The position numbers were made by a program, and so were the translations under genes. The notes under the pieces are model-generated. The model saw nothing but the letters and a program-made list of their open reading frames with translations, made no database searches and was not told where the DNA came from. 15,368 bases of DNA from Octopus sinensis (taxonomy: Eukaryota): the NCBI RefSeq assembly GCF_006345805.1, contig NW_021825492.1:1-15368 (forward strand), written 5' to 3'. Positions 9,495-15,368 of the stretch are shown piece after piece. Position 1 is the stretch's first letter. Each line of letters begins with the position of its first letter.

Positions 9495-9560
9495 AACAAT
9501 AAACAAGATGAGGACAAATATCCGTGAATTGTAAATAATGTAAATAATGAACATTGGATA

Positions 9561-9950
9561 TATATTATATGTGCCTGTGTTCTGTTGTCAAAAGCAGGAT
9601 ACGTAAACCATATGAAGTCACATGAAAATCGTAATGCCCAGATAGGGAATGATCTTGGACACCAACCACCTCTTACAATTTGTGTCATGTGTTAAAAAAC
9701 TTGTAAGACAATATCTGGACTTAAAAGACATATGTTAGTTCACAAAAACATTCATTAGACCCTAAAGGGCAAAGATATAGAAGAAACTTGAATAATATCT
9801 GTCATTTGTGTTTTAAACCCTGTCAGTCAGTAGCTGGTCTTAAAGGTCATCTAAGGGCTCATCAGTGGAGCAATTGTGCTGTATGATGGGGTGTGGTGTG
9901 CATGCTGATGAGATGGCTATCATCTGTCAAGATGAAGCAATCATCATCAT
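9561..9950 (+). mobile_element. RTE-clade LINE 3' end with three C2H2 zinc fingers and (CAT)n tail
   Basis: (Y)IICACVLLSKAGYVNHMKSH 9561-9623; CVMC*KTCKTISGLKRHMLVH 9681-9743 in the same frame; CHLCFKPCQSVAGLKGHLRAH 9800-9862 after a frameshift; stop 9884-9886; short UTR ending AAGCAATCATCATCAT. Confidence 0.75.
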
Positions 9951-9983
9951 ATATATATATATATATATATATAACTTTTTTTA

Positions 9984-10081
9984 CGACCAGGCTGTCAGAT
10001 GTTGTTACACATCGCTGGTCACAATGCGCTTCGCATTGTTTTAGCTTTCAAATGACGCCACCCCGCTGGCTAAGCGAGCAG

Positions 10082-10085
<4 letters not shown>
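9984..10085 (-). mobile_element. 3' fragment of family E SINE
   Basis: Closely matches 4256-4354 (CGACCAGGCT...GCTGGCTAAGCGA); lies between (TA)n runs. Confidence 0.85.
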
Positions 10086-10143
<58 letters not shown>

Positions 10144-10198
10144 TGATAGATGGTAGACAACAAAAGAATGAAAGAGACCTCAATATTATGTAGAATAT

Positions 10199-10420
10199 TG
10201 GCAGAAGCGTTAGCACGCCGGGTGAAATGCTTTGCAGTATTTCGTCTGCCGTTACGTTGTGAGTTTAAATTCCGCCGAGGTCGACTTTGCCTTTCATCCT
10301 TTCGGGGTCGATAAATTAAGCACCAGTTATGCACTGGGGTCGATGTAATCGACTTAATACCTATGTCTGTCCTTGTTTGTCCCCTCTATGTTTAGCCCCT
10401 TGGAGGTAATAAAGAAATAG
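10199..10420 (+). mobile_element. Monomeric tRNA-related SINE (family D) with target-site duplication
   Basis: TGGCAGAAGCGTTAGC head, GAGTTTAAATTCC B-box-like, ends AAAGAAATAG; flanks ATATTATGTAGAATA (10183-10197) / ATATTATGTAAATA (10421-10434). Confidence 0.85.
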
Positions 10421-10472
10421 ATATTATGTAAATAGAGGAATTTAACTGTAAATATATGTGACAATTATTCGG

Positions 10473-10546
10473 TAGCCATGATAAAACTCCGAGTTTTGGA
10501 TGTTGGGGCAGAAAACCATGTCACCATCTCTTCATTTATTGGGCTA
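10473..10546 (-). ncRNA. Second, unrelated hammerhead-like motif, degenerate
   Basis: Minus: TAGCCCA-ATAA-aTGAAGA-GATG-(22 nt)-CATC-c-aAAA-CTC-g-GAG-T-T-TTAT-CA-TGGCTA. All three stems pair in type I order; C3 and G12 are mutated. Confidence 0.5.
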
Positions 10547-10577
10547 TCATAGCATTTTTTTTCGATGGTGTGTACTT

Positions 10578-10794
10578 CTGTGTGTCTTGTGTTTGTCCAA
10601 CCCCAATCACTCGACAACTGGTGTTGGTTTGTTTATGTCCCTGTAACTTAGTTTAGCTTTAACAGAGTGAAAGAATAAGTACCAGGTTAATAAAAAAATA
10701 AATACTGGGGTTGATTTGTTTGACTAAAATCATTCATGGCAGTGCCCCAACATGGTCACAGCCCAATGCCTGTAAGAAGTAAAAGGTAAAAAGA
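10578..10794 (+). mobile_element. 3' half of family B SINE
   Basis: TGTGTTTGTCC...GAATAAGTACCAGG...GGGGTTGATTTGTTTGACTAAA...AAGTAAAAG, homologous to the other family B copies. Confidence 0.75.
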
Positions 10795-10821
10795 TACAGA
10801 TCTATATCTTTGTTTTTTTTT

Positions 10822-11332
10822 TCTATCTTTTACTTGTTTCTGTCATTAGACTGTGGCCATGCTGGGGCAACATCTTGAATTGTAGTCGATCAAATTGACC
10901 CCATTACTTGTATTTTGGAAGCATGGTATTTATTCTTTTGCTCCCTAGTACCAAACTGCTGAGTCACAGGGCTTAAACAAACCTACACCGGTTGCCAATT
11001 GGTGATGGTGGACAAACACAGACACAAAGACATGCGCGTACGTGCATAGACAGACACACTGACAGACAGACAGACAGACACAGACACAAAGACACACACG
11101 TGCGTGCACAGATACACACACACACACAGACAGACACACACAGACAGACACAGGCAGGCAGACAGACAGGCACAGACAGACAGACAGACAGACACAGACA
11201 GACAGACACAGACAGACAAACAGATACAGACAGACACACACAATGGTCAAAGATAGTTTCCCAAAGTGCCACACAGCAGGGCTGAACCCGGAACGATGTG
11301 GTTGGGGAGCAAACCTCTTACCACACAGCCAC
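10822..11332 (-). mobile_element. Family B SINE with expanded internal (GACA)n/(CA)n tract
   Basis: 3' end TCTTTTACTTGTTTC at 10826; tRNA-like head at about 11255-11332 (CTGAACCCGGAAC...CTTACCACACAGCC on plus); GACA tract about 11045-11240; central block partly deleted. Confidence 0.75.
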
Positions 11333-11426
11333 CACGCTGCATTTCGAAAGAGCCGTATTAAATCCCTTTTTGAATTAAACCTTCGCCAATGTTTTCCATG
11401 TGCGTACACGTGTTGATAGGCTTTAA

Positions 11427-11648
11427 TGCTTTCATTATCGTATTTCTGTTGAAATGGATTTCCTTCATTTCAATTAAATTAGAAAATAATGAAGAATTTT
11501 GTTAAACAACTTTGTCGTTATTAAGCTGCTGTTTGGAACACGAATTAACGAGAAATTTTGATGGAATGTTTTAATTTAGATCTTTTTAAAAACCTGAATT
11601 CCATGTGATAGAACCAGGGATGATCCTTGGCAGATTGGTATGAAAGGG
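11427..11648. mobile_element. Probable piggyBac-type MITE
   Basis: TTAA on both sides (11423-11426, 11649-11652); right end GGTATGAAAGGG|TTAA; degenerate left end TGCTTTCATTATC vs expected CCCTTTCATACC. Confidence 0.55.
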
Positions 11649-12034
11649 TTAATTTAATGACATTTCTAAAATGTAACTATATTGGTTTCAACACAGTGTT
11701 GCAGATCAAACACGTCTTTCTTCTTGTGGTTGCACTTGTAAGAGAGCTGATCCTTTCTTTATAATATTTGGTGGGATTAGAAATTTGAATTTGAGTTCGA
11801 ATTTGAAATTTAGAAATTATAAGGAAAATGATGTAGTGAATTCACAAAATTATATTTGTTTGTGCATGTTTGTTTGTTTGTTTGTTATGAAGTTCTTGAC
11901 AAGTTCAAAGATATTCTGATATTTTGGTTACGGTGGTAGTGGTAAGGATGATGTTAGCAATGACATGAGAAAGGGGGTAGTTAGAGGCTAGAAACCTCTT
12001 TCCATATAGTACGGTACAACTTGGGAACTCCATT

Positions 12035-13098
12035 GGTTATGATGATGAGGGTTCCAGTTGATCCAATCAATGGAACAGCTTCTTTGTGAAATTAATGTGT
12101 AAGTGACTGAATACTCCACATACATACATACCTATTTCTTTACTACCCACAAGGAGCTAAACACAGAGAGGACAAACAAGAACAGACAAACGGATTAAGT
12201 CGATTATATCGACTCCAGTGCGTAACTGGTACTTATTTAATCGACCCCGAAAGGATGAACGGCAAAGTCGACCTCAGTGGAATTTGAGCTCAGAACGTAG
12301 TGGCAGACGAAATACCTATTTCTTTACTACCCACTAGGGGCTAAACACAGAGAGGACAAACAAGGACAGACAAACGGATTAAGTCGATTGTATCGACCCC
12401 AATGCATAACTGGTACTTATTTAATCAACCCTGAAAGGATGAAAGGCAAAGTCGACCTTGGCGGAATTTGAACACAGAACGTAGCGGCAGACGAAATACC
12501 TATTTCTTTACTACCCACAAGGGGCTAAACACAGAGAGGACAAACAAGGACAAACAAACGGATTAAGTTGATTAGATCGACCCCAGTGCGTGACTGGTAC
12601 TTATTTAATCGAACCCGAAAGGATGAAAGGTAAAGTCGACCTCGGCGGAATTTGAACACAGAACGCAACGGCAGACGAAATACCTATTTCTTTACTACCC
12701 ACAAGGAACTAAACACAGAGAGGACAAACAAATGGATTAAGTTGATTAGATCGACTCCAGTACGTAACTGGTACTTATTTAATCGAACCCGAAAGGATGA
12801 AAGGCAAAGTCGACCTCGGCAGACGAAATACTGCTACGCATTTCACCTGGCGTGCTAATGTTTCTGCCAGCTCGCCACATACATACATACCCTTAATGAA
12901 GTTCTCAGGGAGATTCAGCATGGCACAGAATGTGACCAAGCGGGCCCTTTAAATTATCAGTACAACTCATTTTTGCCAGCTGAGTAGACTGGAGCAACAT
13001 GAAATAAAGTGTCTTGCTCAAGGACACAATGCAGTGCTGGAGATTGAACTCATGATCTTATGATCCTGAGTCACTTACCCTGACCACTAAGCCATGTG
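12035..13098 (-). mobile_element. tRNA-derived SINE with long central domain (family C), split by the family D tandem array
   Basis: Minus head TGGCTTAGTGG (A box) ... GAGTTCAATCTC (B box) at 13045-13094, then CCTTGAGCAAGACACTTTA; host segments 12035-12115 and 12892-13098 join across a duplicated target. Confidence 0.7.
12129..12876 (-). repeat. Tandem array of family D SINE: one head plus four body units (184, 184, 184, 148 bp)
   Basis: Units begin TACCTATTTC at 12129, 12313, 12497, 12681; head GGCGAGCTGGCAGAAAC (minus) ends at 12876; direct repeat CCACATACATACATACC at 12116-12132 and 12875-12891. Confidence 0.92.
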
Positions 13099-13201
13099 TT
13101 TGATACAACAAAAAGAAGAGAAATCCTAGAACATGATATATGTGGAGAAATCAATGTTCCTTGGTATGTGGTAAAAGAACAAAAAAAAAAAAAGGAAATA
13201 A

Positions 13202-13867
13202 GGCAGTGTGGTAGAAAGCCCACTTTGCAACATTGTGGTTTCAGGTTCAGTCTCACTCTGTGACACCTTGGACAAGTGTCTTCCACTCTAGCACTGGACT
13301 GACCATTGCCTTATGAGAGAACTTGGCAGATGGAAACTGTGTAGAAGTCCATTGTCTGTCTGTGTGTGTGTGTGTGTATATATATGTGTATATGTGTGTG
13401 TGTGTATTTGTCTCCCTGCTGCTAGTCATTGGGTGTTGGTTTGTTTATTTCCCCCACAACACAGCAGTTTCGCAAACGAAACTGATAGAATAAGTATCAG
13501 ACTTGAAAACAAGAAAAAATTCAAAGGTTAAGTTAAGTTAAGTTAATTTTTTGACTCAAAAAGCAAAAAGCAAGGCCATGTATGGGGGACATGGAGTTAT
13601 GTATAGGGAAGGCGTTCATACAAAGACTTCAGACCATTTCTGGTCAAGAGAGACTTGAACCGAGCGGTCGTCGGCATCTTCACTATCTCGTCCGGCAGCT
13701 TACTCCACGGATCTGCAACCCGGACGGAGAAAGCCCCTCTCCTTCGATTGAGATGAAATCGTCGCAGATAGAGCTTTTCGGGTTGATTTGTTTGACTAAA
13801 ACCTCTGAAGATGGAGCCCCAGCATGGCCACAACACAATGATGAAAACAAGAAGTAGAAGATGAAAG
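13202..13867 (+). mobile_element. Family B SINE interrupted by a CR1-type LINE fragment
   Basis: Head CAGTGTGGTAG...GGTTCAGTC, CCTTGGACAAGTGTCTT block, internal (TG)/(TA) tract; body resumes at 13780 GGGTTGATTTGTTTGACTAAA. Confidence 0.75.
13527..13779 (-). mobile_element. 5'-truncated CR1-clade LINE 3' end with (TTAAC)n tail
   Basis: Minus ORF KLYLRRFHLNRRRGAFSVRVADPWSKLPDEIVKMPTTARFKSLL matches the CR1/L2 ORF2 C-terminal pattern KL...RxxFFSxRVVxxWNxLPxxVV; pentamer tail 13527-13546. Confidence 0.85.
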
Positions 13868-13899
13868 AACTACAATACCTCCAATTGGATAGGAGCTAT

Positions 13900-14020
13900 A
13901 GTTGACTGACCCCCAGTATCTGACTGGTACTGAATAGGATTTGAAATCAGAACGGAAAGAGGTGTGATATGCCACATAGTATTCTATCGGTTGCTCTACT
14001 GATTTTTGCCAATCCACTGC
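13900..14020 (-). mobile_element. Highly diverged family D-like SINE remnant
   Basis: GACCCCCAGTATCTGACTGGTACT and GATTTGAAATCAGAACG resemble family D body and B-box segments. Confidence 0.45.
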
Positions 14021-14111
14021 TTTGAGGAAAATATCAAATTGCAGTTACATGTGTGCATGGCCTCAAATTTGGGGCAAGGGTAACTGAATTGTTGTGACCC
14101 TTTCTGCTTGG

Positions 14112-14614
14112 TCTGGTGCTCTTTTGACACCAAACCATCTTAAGGAAACTCTACTGAGTCACACTTGTTTGGATTGGGGTCTTCTGTCGGCATATAATCA
14201 AAGAATAGGGGTTTCTTCCTTGCTTGACCCCACCCCCAATTCTGTCCAAGGTCCTTGGAAAAGGGGTTGTGTGGACCCTCAATGTCTTCTTCTCTCTATG
14301 CCATAAAAAGGAAAAGAAATAAATATAGCAGACTTATGATCAAAGGCATTCCAACCATGACCATCAAATGAGAATGGGTGTACTCCTAGATCTGGTGCCC
14401 TTTTGACACTAACCTTTTTTAAGGAGATTCTGTTGTGTTGCAGATATTCAAAGAATAGGGGTTTCTTCCCTGCTCAACCTCATTCTCTCCAAGGTTCAGA
14501 AAAAAGTGTTGTGCAGGCCCCCAATCTCCTTCCCTGTCTACACCCTTAAGAAAAAAAAAAGGGAAAAGAAATATAGAAGACGATATGATTAAAGGCATTC
14601 CAGTCGTGACCATC
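14112..14614. repeat. Diverged direct duplication (14112-14365 and 14391-14614; period 279 bp)
   Basis: Shared anchors TCTGGTGCyCTTTTGACAC, CAAAGAATAGGGGTTTCTTCC, TCCAAGGT, AAAGGCATTCCA..GACCATC in the same order. Confidence 0.8.
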
Positions 14615-15163
14615 TTGTCAGAATGTGTTTCCTATGTGACTGACAATGCGTGTGTATGTGTGTGTGGTCTCCCACAAGTGTGTCGAAAGAGGTGGTGGTA
14701 AGGTCAATATTTTCACGCCTGCCCCTCTCCTTACTTTCATTTTTTTTATCATATACAAGGGCCCTGTTTGAAATAGGTTTGCGAAACTAGCCAGCTAGCC
14801 ACTTGGCTATCTCAATAGCTAGCTAGCTAGCTCACTAGGTAGTTGGTTGTCTTAGCAACAAACACTGCTACTAAGTTGTCTTCAGAAAACTACTACTTCT
14901 TCTCACTGTGTATGTCTGTCTATCTCTGTGTGAGCGAACCTGTGCTTGCCTCTAAGTGTGTGCGTGCATGCGTGTGTGTATATGTGTGTGTGTGCTTGAT
15001 ATTTAATTAATTCATAGATGCTGATAGCAATTAGCAGTGAATTATTGATTTTCCTTCTTGATGACTCTTTTTTTTTGGTTTTTAGCTTTTGCTTGTTGGA
15101 AAGTGGAAACTTTCAAGTTGTACTAAATAGCCGAATAATAGTCATACTAATTAACGAAGACAT

Positions 15164-15164
<1 letters not shown>

Positions 15165-15202
<38 letters not shown>

Positions 15203-15368
15203 TTCTCTCCCTCTCTCTTTCTGCCACTCTGTCTGTCTGTCAGTCATTGTCTTTGTCTGCTTCTCCTTCTCTCTCTCTCTCTGTCTGTCTCTGTATATAC
15301 ACACACAATACACATAAATATATACACACACATGCTCACATATATGTGCATATATATATATATATATC
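15165..15368. repeat. Compound (CT)/(CTGT)/(CA)/(TA) microsatellite
   Basis: Direct. Confidence 0.92.

Larger units (their letters stand above)
8564..9555. mobile_element. Head-to-head palindromic element: tRNA-like head + (AAT)n + hammerhead arm on each side; left arm interrupted by a family A SINE
   Basis: Inner arms 9222-9281 / 9296-9355 are 56/60 complementary around CATATG (9285-9290); (TTA)n/(AAT)n mirror; outer arms 8593-8713 / 9422-9542 about 87% complementary over 121 bp. Confidence 0.9.

Noticed and set aside
9905-9935. CTGATGA followed by hairpin GATG-GCTAT-CATC, a third hammerhead candidate
   Set aside because: No GAAA after stem II and no stem I/III; it lies in the LINE 3' UTR.
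14752-14850. TACAAGGG...TGTTTGAAA mariner-like terminus followed by (TAGC)n
   Set aside because: No matching inverted partner found in the window.

Overview
AT-rich eukaryotic non-coding DNA saturated with microsatellites and decayed mobile elements. The repeat families look like octopus/cephalopod repeats (inference from recalled repeat families, not from a search). No intact protein-coding gene is supported, and nearly all listed ORFs are microsatellite or repeat artefacts. Recognisable content: two decayed RTE-clade LINE remnants (700-975 minus; RT 8021-8563 plus a three-finger C2H2 3' end at 9561-9950 on plus), a CR1-type LINE 3' end nested in a SINE, at least five SINE-like families, three TA-flanked Tc1/mariner-type MITEs and a probable piggyBac-type MITE. 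The most notable structure is a head-to-head palindromic element (about 8564-9555). Each arm reads tRNA-like Pol III head, (AAT)n, then a minimal type I hammerhead ribozyme. The two arms carry complementary core mutations, so together they reconstruct a complete catalytic core. A second, unrelated degenerate hammerhead-like motif lies at 10473-10546 (minus). Also present are a 4-unit 184-bp tandem SINE array with flanking direct repeats, SINE-internal 63-66 bp hairpin arrays, and one short GC3-biased candidate exon (3563-3682).
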